Positions 38,234 to 47,325 of a stretch of 64,000 nt of DNA are shown here, one piece after another. The stretch lies in the NCBI GenBank assembly GCA_022710585.1, contig JAKLGV010000001.1, positions 192,131 to 256,130 on the forward strand. Reading direction: 5' to 3'. A model generated the notes under the pieces. It was not told the DNA's origin, did no database searches, and saw only the letters and a list, made by a program, of their open reading frames with translations. Origin of the DNA: Deltaproteobacteria bacterium (GTDB lineage: Bacteria > Desulfobacterota > Syntrophia > Syntrophales > Smithellaceae). The translations under genes were made by a program, and so were the position numbers. Numbering within the stretch: the stretch's first letter is position 1; the number at the start of each line of letters is the position of its first letter.

Positions 38234-39091
38234 TTACTTTTTGGTGTAATCGTAAACACCCTTGCCGGTCTTGCGCCCGAAACGGCCGGCGCGGACCAGT
38301 TTTCTCAGCATCAGCGCCGGACGGTACTTGTCGCCCAGCTCTCTGTACAAATCTTCCATGATATGCAGCAGCGTATCCAGGCCGACCAGATCCGCCAGCG
38401 CCAGCGGCCCGATGGGATGATTGCAGCCCAGCATCATGCCCTTGTCGATATCCTCGGCGGTGGCCAGTCCTTCATCCAGCACATAGAAGGCTTCATTGAG
38501 CATCAGGCAGAGAATGCGGTTGACTACAAACGCCGGAGCCTCTTTGACGATAATCACTTCCTTGCCGATTTTTTTGCCCCATTCCTTTGCGATTTCGAGC
38601 GTCTCAGCAGACGTCTGATAACAGCAGATGATTTCCAGTAGCTTCATGACGGGAACCGGATTGAAGAAATGCGTGCCGATGACTTTTTCCGGCCGTTTGG
38701 TCACGGAAGCCATTTCCGTAATGCTCAAGCCCGATGTGTTGGTGAAAAACAGGCAATGCGGCGGAACGATTCCTTCGAGTTCTTCGTAAACCTTTTTCTT
38801 GACCGCCATGACTTCAATCACAACCTCGACGACCACATCCGCGCCGGTGGCCGCCTCTTTCATATCCAGGGTGGGTTTGATGCGTCCCAGGATCGCGTCC
38901 ACCTGTTCCTTCGTGATTTTGCCTTTTTCCGCGTCACGGCTGAGATTTTTCTTAATCGAGTTCATCCCGTTGTCGATAAAGCGCTGCTCGATATCACGCA
39001 TGGTGACTTCGAAACCCGCCTGCGCGCAAACCTGCGCGATTCCGCTGCCCATCAAACCGGCGCCCAGTACACAAACTTTTTTGATTTCCAT
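38234..39091 (-). CDS. hbd: 3-hydroxybutyryl-CoA dehydrogenase
   Basis: [56 protein letters not shown]. Confidence 0.92.
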   Translation of the reverse strand: MEIKKVCVLGAGLMGSGIAQVCAQAGFEVTMRDIEQRFIDNGMNSIKKNLSRDAEKGKITKEQVDAILGRIKPTLDMKEAATGADVVVEVVIEVMAVKKKVYEELEGIVPPHCLFFTNTSGLSITEMASVTKRPEKVIGTHFFNPVPVMKLLEIICCYQTSAETLEIAKEWGKKIGKEVIIVKEAPAFVVNRILCLMLNEAFYVLDEGLATAEDIDKGMMLGCNHPIGPLALADLVGLDTLLHIMEDLYRELGDKYRPALMLRKLVRAGRFGRKTGKGVYDYTKK

Positions 39092-39270
39092 CTTACATCC
39101 CCTTTATTCATTATTTTATTAGGATAAAACGTGTTTACCCTCTTTCTGCCATTCTCACACCGTGGGAAGAACTAGCAAACTATTTGAGCCAAAGTCAAGC
39201 GAAAACGCCCACCGGACAAAATTGCAGAATTTTTATTGAACAAGCGTCGGGGATATGACAAAATCGCACC

Positions 39271-39792
39271 ATGTTAATCTTAATTGACGGCTACAATTTA
39301 ATCCGGCAGTCCGTTGAACTGAAGCGGCATGAGCGCAAAAGCCTCGAAGCCGGACGCAATGCTCTGTTGACCAGACTCAACGACTACGGAAAAATAAAAA
39401 CTCATCAGATGATCGTGGTTTTCGACGGTGTCCAGAAAGGCCGGTCGGAGGAAGGCCGGGACCGGTCCGGAAGAATCGACATCATTTATTCCCGGCATGG
39501 TGAGAGAGCGGACGACGTCATCAAACGCCTGGCCGCTCACAGCGGCGAAGAAATCATCGTCGTGTCTTCCGATCGAGAAATATCATCCTACGTCACCCGA
39601 CTGGGCAGGACATCCCTTTCATCGCCGGAATTTGAAGCGATTATCGATAAAACCCTTGCCGCGGATTTCAGCTCTTTTCAGGAGATCGAAGAAGATGACG
39701 ATGAACCCGCGAAGCCATTGGTCAAGAAGGGGCCGTCAAAAAAACTGCCGCGCGCCCGGAGAAAAGCCCGAAGCAAAATAAATAAGCTGTAG
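39271..39792 (+). CDS. NYN-domain (YacP/Rae1-like) putative RNase
   Basis: MLILIDGYNLIR..., VVFDG, IIYSRHGERADDVI, VVSSDREI, and a basic C-terminal tail. Confidence 0.8.
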   Translation: MLILIDGYNLIRQSVELKRHERKSLEAGRNALLTRLNDYGKIKTHQMIVVFDGVQKGRSEEGRDRSGRIDIIYSRHGERADDVIKRLAAHSGEEIIVVSSDREISSYVTRLGRTSLSSPEFEAIIDKTLAADFSSFQEIEEDDDEPAKPLVKKGPSKKLPRARRKARSKINKL

Positions 39793-39833
39793 ATAAATCC
39801 ACGAATGAAAACCCGCAAAACACAAAAAAAATC

Positions 39834-39862
39834 TTGAAAATCAACAATGTTTCTGGTAAAGA
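39834..39862 (+). promoter_or_regulatory. Candidate promoter of the first Big_1 lipoprotein gene
   Basis: TTGAAA-N17-TAAAGA. The same layout (TTGAAA-N17-TAAAAA) occurs at 43361-43389 before the paralog. The -10 elements are weak. Confidence 0.3.
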
Positions 39863-39917
39863 CTAAGCATCAATTTAAAAAAATCATCCATCTCTATAAT
39901 TAAAAAAGGAGAATAAA

Positions 39918-42900
39918 ATGATAAAATCAACCAAAGCAACTTATTTACGGACATCATTATTGCTGCTTTCTTTTGCTTTACTTTTATTTATTACAGCCTG
40001 CGGCGGCAGTATGGACGACTCTGACGCAGAATCTGCAAAAGGCGGCACTATTTCTCTTGCGGCCACTTCCAGTTCCGTATCAGCAGGACAGTCCAGTATT
40101 ATTACAGTAACCGTTTTGGACGGAGCGGGCGGTTTCGCGAAAAATGAATCTGTAACTTTTACAATAATCGATAATAAAAGCGGCGCAACGATTACCCCAT
40201 TAAACAACGGAAAAACCGACGCCAAAGGTCAGGCCATTGCAACATACAAGGCCGGATCAAACAATCCCGGTTCGGAAGTCCAGGACAGTATACAGGCGAG
40301 CATTAGCGGAGCGACAAATGTCATTATTATTACCAGGACATCGGCTTCTTCCACCGCATACCAACTGAGTTTAACAGCAGATTCGACGACCATCACGCCG
40401 GGAACGACAACCATTGTCAGGGCAACCGTCACCGATGGCGGAGGGAATGCGGTTTACGGACAGGCCGTAACCTTTTCATTCCTCAGCAACAAAAGTGCCG
40501 CAACTCTGACCACGTTGAGTCTGGGCGCCACCGATACCAGTGGACAGGCGCTGGCTATTTATACAGCCGGTACCGCTACACCAACACAAAGCGTCCAGGA
40601 TACCATTCAGGCCAGTATTGCCGGAGCCACCGGCGTGGTCATCATCACCCGCTCAGCCGGCGGGACATCAGCTTCAGGGCTGCTCATGACCTTAAACGCT
40701 GACGCACCTTCCCTTACGGCCGGTCAAAGCACCATCGTCAGAGCAAAAGTCACTGACGGATCGGGCACGGCAGTTCAGGGTCAGGCTGTATCCTTCACCT
40801 TTATCAGCAATCAGAGCGGCGGAACGATTAACGCGCTCAATAGCGGGATTACCGACGCCAGCGGTCAGGCCATCGCCACTTATACGGCCGGCGCCAGTTC
40901 CCCAACCGCCAGCGTTCAGGACACCATCCAGGCCTCTTTAACCGGAACGGTAGCCGCGATTATCATTTCACGGACAGCCGGTGGCGGCACGTCAGCAGGA
41001 CTGATTCTGACACTGACGGCGGCTTCAACCACCGTTGAAGGGGGAGAATCGACCATCCTGACCGCGAAAGTCACCAACGGTTCCGGCAGCCCTGTTCAGG
41101 GTGAAGCCGTCAATTTCGGATTTGCTCCGGGCGGCAACCAGAGCGGCGCGGCCATCAATGTGCTGAGCGGAACCACCGATGCCGCGGGTGAAGCTACCGC
41201 GCTTTACGCGGCGGGCACACTCACCGGCGCAACGGTTCAGGATATCGTTCAGGCCAGCATCACCGGCTCGACCAAAGCCCTGATCATCACCAAGACCGGT
41301 ACGGCTTCCGGCGTGACCGCCTCGTCTCTTGATCTCACCGCTTCACCCGTATCGATCAAGACGGACGGCTCGTCCAGTTCGACCATTACCGTCACCGCGC
41401 TGAACGCTCTGAATGCTTCACTTTCCGGTGTGGTTGTTACAGTGGGCACCGATACCGGTGTTTTGAGCGCGGCAACCGTCACGACTCCGGGAACGGTCAC
41501 TCTGACCTGCGGCAGCAACAAGGCCAACCGGACGGCAACGATTACAGCAACCGCCGGATCGGCCACGGCTCAGATACCCGTACAAATTGTCGGATCAACC
41601 GTGACGCTGGCGACAGGCGCATCTTCAATCTCGACAACTGGATCTACGACAGTGACTGTTACCGTAAAAGACGCCGGCAGCAATGTTGTCCCGGGCGCGG
41701 CTGTTTCCCTTTCATCCTCCGGCACAGGCACGGTGACATTCGGTTCGGCAACCGGAACAACGAATGCCAGCGGTATTTTTTCCACAACAGTCGCGGGCAA
41801 TACCAACGGAACGGTAAACATTACCGCAACGGCGCTTGGAGCAACCGCATCAACAACGCTGACAGTCACCGATGCCACCACAGTCTTTTCGATTGATCAG
41901 CAAAGACTCTGCACCGGCGCTTATCCAGGTTCATGCCCTGCTCCTACTGTTCCTCCAAACAATCCGAACCCCTCGTCAATGCAGATAGGCAACTATTTGG
42001 AAATACAAGTTAATCCTGCCGGAGCCACCGACGTGGTCTTTGCTACTACTATGGGTACATTTACAGATCCGTCCGACACAACTAATACTGGTAGTTCAAT
42101 CACAGTACATGTTGGTGATTATGTTGCAGGTAAAGCAATCGCTTATCTGACCGCCAAAGAGGGAATCAAAAATGTTGCCGGAATCGCAAATATTAATGTC
42201 TACAATGCAGCAGACGTAACCACAAATGATACGCTCACCGTGGCTATGACATCAGCCACCGCCGCGAGCATTGAACTTCAGGCTTCTCCCGTCGTCGTGC
42301 CCAAGAGTGTAGGGACGACAACCGGCTCCTCGACGCTGGTTGCCATGGTGCGGGATTCAGGCGGTTTCCCCGTCGGAAATGCAGCGGTCCAATTCTCGAT
42401 TGTCAATCCCACCGGCGGCGGTGAAACAATATCGCCGGTTGTGGCGATGAGCGCGGCGACAACCACGGGCGGCCTTAATTTGGGCGAAGCTCGTGCTTCT
42501 TTCACCTCCGGCACCCTGTCTTCCGCGGCGGGCGGCATTCAGGTCCGCGCTTCCATTGTCGGTAGCCCTGCAATCAATGATAACGCGACTATCGTCATCG
42601 GCGGCGTGGCCGGATCGATAGCGTTCGGTCAGGCCACGGTACTCGGCGTCGATGGCACCAATGCCAATTATACACTGGCTATGTCCGTTATGGTCGCCGA
42701 TTCCAACGGCAACCCGGCGCCGGCGGGAACCATCGTCAACCTGAGCCTCTGGCCGATTGCCTGGAGCACGGGCAGCGGCTGCATGTATGATATGGATGGT
42801 TTAAGGTATAATTCTCTCACCCAGGTTTTCGATATTCCCTGCGCTACCTGCGGAACCTTCTGGAATGAAGACGCCAATGAAAACCTGATCCTTGATACCG

Positions 42901-43217
42901 GCGAGGATGGTTTTAGAGCCTATTATGCTGATCTTTCGAGAACAGATTTGGGGACAGGAAACGCTGACACCTATATCACACCCGTAAATTCCCGGGCAGG
43001 TACCGTACCGGCAACAGTCTCCACCGACGCCAGTGGTGTGGCCGGTTTCACACTGACCTACCCTAAAAACAGCGCCATCTGGACCATTGTCCGGGTACGG
43101 GCCAGTACGATTGTCCAGGGTACGGAAACGGTCGGCCAGGTAACTTTCCGTCTGAGCGCTCTGGCTTCAGATGTCACTCCGACATGCAGAATAGACGGAT
43201 CACCTTACGACTTCTAG
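39918..43217 (+). CDS. Large surface lipoprotein with tandem bacterial Ig-like (Big_1/invasin-type) domains and a distinct Cys-containing C-terminal region
   Basis: Lipobox LLFITAC (Cys28). Four modules of about 105 aa (aa 45-468) share ...AGQSTI(V/I)RAKVTDGSG.AV.GQAV.F.F.SN.SG....L..G.TDASGQAIATYTAG....S.VQDTIQASI.G....IIITR, followed by further Ig-like modules. RBS AAAGGAG. Confidence 0.8.
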   Translation: MIKSTKATYLRTSLLLLSFALLLFITACGGSMDDSDAESAKGGTISLAATSSSVSAGQSSIITVTVLDGAGGFAKNESVTFTIIDNKSGATITPLNNGKTDAKGQAIATYKAGSNNPGSEVQDSIQASISGATNVIIITRTSASSTAYQLSLTADSTTITPGTTTIVRATVTDGGGNAVYGQAVTFSFLSNKSAATLTTLSLGATDTSGQALAIYTAGTATPTQSVQDTIQASIAGATGVVIITRSAGGTSASGLLMTLNADAPSLTAGQSTIVRAKVTDGSGTAVQGQAVSFTFISNQSGGTINALNSGITDASGQAIATYTAGASSPTASVQDTIQASLTGTVAAIIISRTAGGGTSAGLILTLTAASTTVEGGESTILTAKVTNGSGSPVQGEAVNFGFAPGGNQSGAAINVLSGTTDAAGEATALYAAGTLTGATVQDIVQASITGSTKALIITKTGTASGVTASSLDLTASPVSIKTDGSSSSTITVTALNALNASLSGVVVTVGTDTGVLSAATVTTPGTVTLTCGSNKANRTATITATAGSATAQIPVQIVGSTVTLATGASSISTTGSTTVTVTVKDAGSNVVPGAAVSLSSSGTGTVTFGSATGTTNASGIFSTTVAGNTNGTVNITATALGATASTTLTVTDATTVFSIDQQRLCTGAYPGSCPAPTVPPNNPNPSSMQIGNYLEIQVNPAGATDVVFATTMGTFTDPSDTTNTGSSITVHVGDYVAGKAIAYLTAKEGIKNVAGIANINVYNAADVTTNDTLTVAMTSATAASIELQASPVVVPKSVGTTTGSSTLVAMVRDSGGFPVGNAAVQFSIVNPTGGGETISPVVAMSAATTTGGLNLGEARASFTSGTLSSAAGGIQVRASIVGSPAINDNATIVIGGVAGSIAFGQATVLGVDGTNANYTLAMSVMVADSNGNPAPAGTIVNLSLWPIAWSTGSGCMYDMDGLRYNSLTQVFDIPCATCGTFWNEDANENLILDTGEDGFRAYYADLSRTDLGTGNADTYITPVNSRAGTVPATVSTDASGVAGFTLTYPKNSAIWTIVRVRASTIVQGTETVGQVTFRLSALASDVTPTCRIDGSPYDF
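40050..41321 (+). repeat. Four tandem coding repeats of about 315 nt (Big_1-like modules)
   Basis: Periodicity read from the translation (aa 45-148, 149-255, 256-361, 362-468). The copies have diverged at the nucleotide level. Confidence 0.75.
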
Positions 43218-43237
43218 CAGCAACGTGATTTTTCCAA

Positions 43238-43270
43238 AGCCGGTCCCCGTTCGGGGGCCGGCTTTTTTCT
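43238..43270 (+). terminator. Rho-independent terminator after the first Big_1 gene
   Basis: agccggtcccc-gttc-gggggccggct followed by tttttt. Confidence 0.8.
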
Positions 43271-43360
43271 TCCTCATTTCGCTTTTATGTTTCGTCCTTT
43301 CGGATGTAAGTCATCGGTACGTAATAGCCATATGCCGTCCAAAAAAACGCATAAAAATTA

Positions 43361-43389
43361 TTGAAAACTTCCGTTTTTTCTGCTAAAAA
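43361..43389 (+). promoter_or_regulatory. Candidate promoter of the second Big_1 lipoprotein gene
   Basis: TTGAAA (43361-43366), N17, TAAAAA (43384-43389). Confidence 0.3.
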
Positions 43390-43440
43390 CTTTCCATCTT
43401 TTCAAAATCAGCACATTTCCTATTTTATAAGGAGAAAGCA

Positions 43441-45642
43441 ATGGTCAAATCATCTTCGACAAAATTCATGCGGCTTTTGGGGCTGCTTATCTCTCTGCTG
43501 CTTCTTTTCTTTATCAACGCGTGCAGCAATGACGCCGAATCCGTGGAAAGCGGAACGGAAGCCGGCGCGGCCGCCTACGGCGTACATATTGATTCATTCA
43601 CCGCATCGTCCTGTGAGGGAGATTCATGCGCGGCCTACGCGGGACAGAGCATTATTATGACGGCTTCCGTCACAGACAGCGCGGACATTCCCGTCAACAA
43701 TGCCGATGTCACCTTTCACTTCACCACAAACGCGAGCGGCGCCAGCCTGAAGTCAATCGGCGGCACAACCGGACAAAGAATAAAGGTTACCACGGATAAG
43801 GCCGGTCAGGCGAAGATTGTTTATAAGGCGGGCGATAATTCAACCACCATGGAGCTGGAAGATGTCGTTTCAGCAACCTGTCATGACTCTAAGATGGCCG
43901 TCATCGTGGCCAGAGTGGCCGGCGGTTACCAGGGATTAATCATGTCGGTTACGGCTGATCAGGACTCGCTGAAAGCGGGTGAAAATACTATCATCCGGGC
44001 AAAAGTGACCAACGCGACGGGCGCCATTATCGGCGGACAGGCTGTCACGTTCACGATGCTGGAAAATAAGAGCGGCGCGATGCTGACCACTCTGGGCACG
44101 GGAATGACGGACGCCAACGGCGAGGCGACCGCGATTTATAAAGCCGGGTCGGCCAACCCGACTAAAAGCGTCCAGGATACGGTTCAGGCCGCCATCACCG
44201 GCGCCGCGGGAGCCGCTGTCATTACACGCGTGGCCAATACGGCCATCGTCGGATGCCGCATAACGCTGACAGCCGATAAAACGGCGCTTGACCAGGGCCA
44301 GAGCACGATTATCCGCGCGACAGCCCTGAACGGCGACGGAAAGCCGTACACCGGAAACATAAGATTTGAATTTCTGACAAACGTCAGCGGGAGCACCCTT
44401 TCCCCTTCAGACGTAAAGACAAACAGCAACGGCGTCGCCACGACCATCTACAAGGCGGGAACCGAGTCACAAAACCTGAATGTTGAGGATATTATCAAGG
44501 CTTCGGCAACGCAATGCTGCACCGGCGATAGCTGCTGCGCGGAAACGCTCTGCTGCTCCGAAGCCGGCTGCTGCATGGAAACGATCATCCTCACCAGATC
44601 CGCACAGGACGCTGTCACACCGACGGGCTACCGGATTACCATGACAGCGGGGAAAACGTCGATCAAAGCCGGTGAGTCTACTCTCATTACGGCTAAAGTC
44701 ACGGATGGCGCGAATACACCGGTAAAAGATCGGGTTGTAAGCTTCAGTTTTATATCACGCCCCAGCGGTGCAACACTTTCGGACATTGATGCCGGAACAT
44801 CAGGTCTGATCACAGCGACAGGAGTAACCGATGCCAGCGGTGAAGCCATTGTCGGCTACACGGCAGGTTCCGGTTCATCAACCACGGAAGTCCAGGATAT
44901 CGTACAGGCCTCTACAACCGGAGCATTGGGCGCCATTATTCTAACCAGAACCGCCGCCGAGCCCGCCCCATCCGGAAGGGTTTTAACTCTGACGGCATCG
45001 CCCAGTTCCGTGTATCCCAACAGTATGAGTGAACTTACCGCTAAGGTTACATTAACCGGCGGGACTTCAGCCGGAGCGGGCATAGAAGTAACCTTTACCA
45101 TCGAACAGAATCAAAGCGGCGCAACTCTGGGTTCCGGTACTTTAACTCAGGTAACCGAATCTACAGACGGCAACGGTGAAGCCAAGGTAACTTATATTGC
45201 GGGCAATGCTGACCCAACGCTGACCAGAATGGACAGCATCAAGGCATCTGTGGCCGGCACTGGCGTCAGCGATACAGTTTTCATCACGCGCTTACCTACA
45301 CCCAGTGCGGGAAATTATATCATCACACTGACACAAGATCCTGCAACTTCCGCTGGTGAACGTGTCCAATATCACGAATCAAGATTCGTGAATATCAAGG
45401 CAACGGTAACCTTGAATGGTGTGGCTGTTACAGAGCCCGGACAGTATATAACCTTCTCGATATCGACTGGAGACGGCACCGTGACGCCTATGTCTGTTGA
45501 GTTAGACGGCAACGGTGAGGCGGAAACAACCTTCGAACTTCCCATCGTTGCGGTACCGCCGCGCATTGACTCTACTGTTGTTCGAGCGGAATTTGAAGGA
45601 GTCAGTGCTCCTACTTATATTTACTGGGCAGTCTGGTATTAA
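43441..45642 (+). CDS. Paralogous Big_1-repeat surface lipoprotein with a Cys-doublet insert
   Basis: Lipobox LFFINAC (Cys28). About six Ig-like modules with the same consensus as the upstream gene. QCCTGDSCCAETLCCSEAGCC lies between modules. RBS AAGGAG. Confidence 0.8.
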   Translation: MVKSSSTKFMRLLGLLISLLLLFFINACSNDAESVESGTEAGAAAYGVHIDSFTASSCEGDSCAAYAGQSIIMTASVTDSADIPVNNADVTFHFTTNASGASLKSIGGTTGQRIKVTTDKAGQAKIVYKAGDNSTTMELEDVVSATCHDSKMAVIVARVAGGYQGLIMSVTADQDSLKAGENTIIRAKVTNATGAIIGGQAVTFTMLENKSGAMLTTLGTGMTDANGEATAIYKAGSANPTKSVQDTVQAAITGAAGAAVITRVANTAIVGCRITLTADKTALDQGQSTIIRATALNGDGKPYTGNIRFEFLTNVSGSTLSPSDVKTNSNGVATTIYKAGTESQNLNVEDIIKASATQCCTGDSCCAETLCCSEAGCCMETIILTRSAQDAVTPTGYRITMTAGKTSIKAGESTLITAKVTDGANTPVKDRVVSFSFISRPSGATLSDIDAGTSGLITATGVTDASGEAIVGYTAGSGSSTTEVQDIVQASTTGALGAIILTRTAAEPAPSGRVLTLTASPSSVYPNSMSELTAKVTLTGGTSAGAGIEVTFTIEQNQSGATLGSGTLTQVTESTDGNGEAKVTYIAGNADPTLTRMDSIKASVAGTGVSDTVFITRLPTPSAGNYIITLTQDPATSAGERVQYHESRFVNIKATVTLNGVAVTEPGQYITFSISTGDGTVTPMSVELDGNGEAETTFELPIVAVPPRIDSTVVRAEFEGVSAPTYIYWAVWY

Positions 45643-45711
45643 GGGGGCAGTTTTTAGCGCAATACTACCAGTGTTGTTAACTTATTAACCTTTTTGAAAA
45701 CCATGCTTTGT

Positions 45712-45752
45712 GAAAAGCGTGCTCTTAAGTCAGGGCGCGCTTTTCTCGTTTT
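45712..45752 (+). terminator. Stem-loop after the second Big_1 gene
   Basis: gaaaagcgtgc (45712-45722) pairs with gcgcgcttttc (45735-45745), including one G-U pair. It is followed by tcgtttt. Confidence 0.5.
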
Positions 45753-45867
45753 GCGGCAAGTCTCTATCCGGTAAAGAAACGATTTACTTTTTAGCTATTT
45801 GGTGTTAATTAATACACATATTTATTTAATTCTTTTCAAAATTTTATCTTTCAAAGGGGAAAAGAAC

Positions 45868-47208
45868 ATGAAGAAACTGAATATCTTAGCAGTGTCTGTT
45901 TTGTTGCTGACCGTATTCTCAACAGCTCAGGCGGAAGTCAGGGCCGGTGCTGTCTCCTATGGCCTGTCGGCGGGAGGCTATTTTTTTGAGAACAACCAGG
46001 ATTATAAAAACACCGTCTCGCTGGGGGTGCGCGCCGGCTATAATTTTACCGAGCATTTTGGAACGGAACTTTTTGTCAACTGGATGCCCTCGGAATTTGA
46101 AGATGAACGGGACGGGGACACAAATAAAGTATATCTCGCCGGCATCGAAGGACTCTATCATTTCGTGCCCCGGCACCAGTTTGTGCCGTACCTGGCCCTG
46201 GGGATCGGCGCCATTCATTATACCTCTGACGACGACACGCTCAGGCCCAGCAAATTTGCCGTGGATTACGGCGCGGGATTTAAATATTTTGTAACGGAAA
46301 ACCTGTCGCTGAGAACCGATGTGCGCCACATCCTGCCTCTGGGCAGCGATGATAAATACGGGGACAACCCGCACGAAGTTCACAACGATTTGATGCTCAC
46401 CTTCGGCATCAGTTACGACTTTGAGGGGGTCAAGGAAGATCCTTACATTGTGGAAGAACCGGTTAAGGAGGAAGTGTTTGGCGACGCGGACAAAGACGGC
46501 ATCACCGACAACATCGACAAGTGCGCCAATACACCTTACGGTGCGGAAGTCGATCAATCCGGCTGCCCGCCCGATGCCGACCGGGATGGCGTTCCGGACA
46601 TCGCGGACAGATGTCCCGGCACTCCGGCCAGCATCGCTGTTGATCAATCCGGCTGCCCGTTTGACTCGGATCATGACGCGGTTCTCGATTATCAGGACAA
46701 TTGCCCGAATACGCCGGCCGGTTTACGGGTCGATGAAAAAGGCTGTCCTCCCGATGCCGATAAGGACGGGGTCACAGACAGTCTGGATAAATGTCCCGAA
46801 ACACTAGCCGGAAAAACAGTGAATAAAGAGGGTTGCGAAGAAATCGTCGATGCCCCTGTCTCCATTCTGCTGAAAGTGGAATTCGATTCCGGAAAGACGG
46901 CCATCAAGAAGCAGTATCATAAAGAAATCGAAACGGTCGCTGTTTTCATGAAACAGCATCCGGACGCAACCGCGACCATCGTCGGCCATACGGATAATAT
47001 CGGCAACCGCAATGCGAACATCAAGCTTTCCAAAGCCCGTGCCGATAGTATCAAACAGTACCTTATTGATAAATTCGGAATTGAAAAATTCCGCATCAAA
47101 ACCATCGGCCGCGGGCCGGACAGCCCGATTGCCAGCAACGCCACCCAGGAGGGACGGCAGAAAAATCGCAGAATCGTGGCTCTTTTTGAAACAAGCCCGA
47201 TCAGATAA
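45868..47208 (+). CDS. OmpA-family protein: N-terminal beta-barrel, four thrombospondin type-3 (Ca-binding) repeats and a C-terminal OmpA peptidoglycan-binding domain
   Basis: Signal peptide MKKLNILAVSVLLLTVFSTAQA. Repeats D.D.DGV.D..D.CP.TP.G..VD..GCP. OmpA_C blocks VEFDSGKTAIK, IVGHTDNIGNRNANIKLSKARADSI and RRIV. The ATG at 45868 is preceded by AAGGGGA. Confidence 0.88.
   Translation: MKKLNILAVSVLLLTVFSTAQAEVRAGAVSYGLSAGGYFFENNQDYKNTVSLGVRAGYNFTEHFGTELFVNWMPSEFEDERDGDTNKVYLAGIEGLYHFVPRHQFVPYLALGIGAIHYTSDDDTLRPSKFAVDYGAGFKYFVTENLSLRTDVRHILPLGSDDKYGDNPHEVHNDLMLTFGISYDFEGVKEDPYIVEEPVKEEVFGDADKDGITDNIDKCANTPYGAEVDQSGCPPDADRDGVPDIADRCPGTPASIAVDQSGCPFDSDHDAVLDYQDNCPNTPAGLRVDEKGCPPDADKDGVTDSLDKCPETLAGKTVNKEGCEEIVDAPVSILLKVEFDSGKTAIKKQYHKEIETVAVFMKQHPDATATIVGHTDNIGNRNANIKLSKARADSIKQYLIDKFGIEKFRIKTIGRGPDSPIASNATQEGRQKNRRIVALFETSPIR
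46480..46836 (+). repeat. Four TSP type-3-like coding repeats (about 28-30 aa each)
   Basis: DADKDGITDNIDKCANTPYGAEVDQSGCP / PDADRDGVPDIADRCPGTPASIAVDQSGCP / FDSDHDAVLDYQDNCPNTPAGLRVDEKGCP / PDADKDGVTDSLDKCPETLAGKTVNKEGC. Confidence 0.8.
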
Positions 47209-47235
47209 TGTAGTCATGTTTTAACCCCTTGGAGA

Positions 47236-47276
47236 AGACCCCGCAACATTTTATGGCTGCGGGGTCTTTCATTTTT
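47236..47276 (+). terminator. Rho-independent terminator after the OmpA-family gene
   Basis: agaccccgca / tgcggggtct stem followed by ttcattttt. Confidence 0.75.
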
Positions 47277-47325
47277 AATTTTATTTCCATGCTGTATTTT
47301 TTTCTCCCCTGTCGGTAACCTTTGC

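Noticed and set aside
40050-45300. Regularly repeated sequence blocks that could be mistaken for a CRISPR-like or satellite array.
   Set aside because: The period is about 315 nt. The copies are diverged and fully in-frame within two long ORFs that encode Ig-like modules. They are protein domain repeats.
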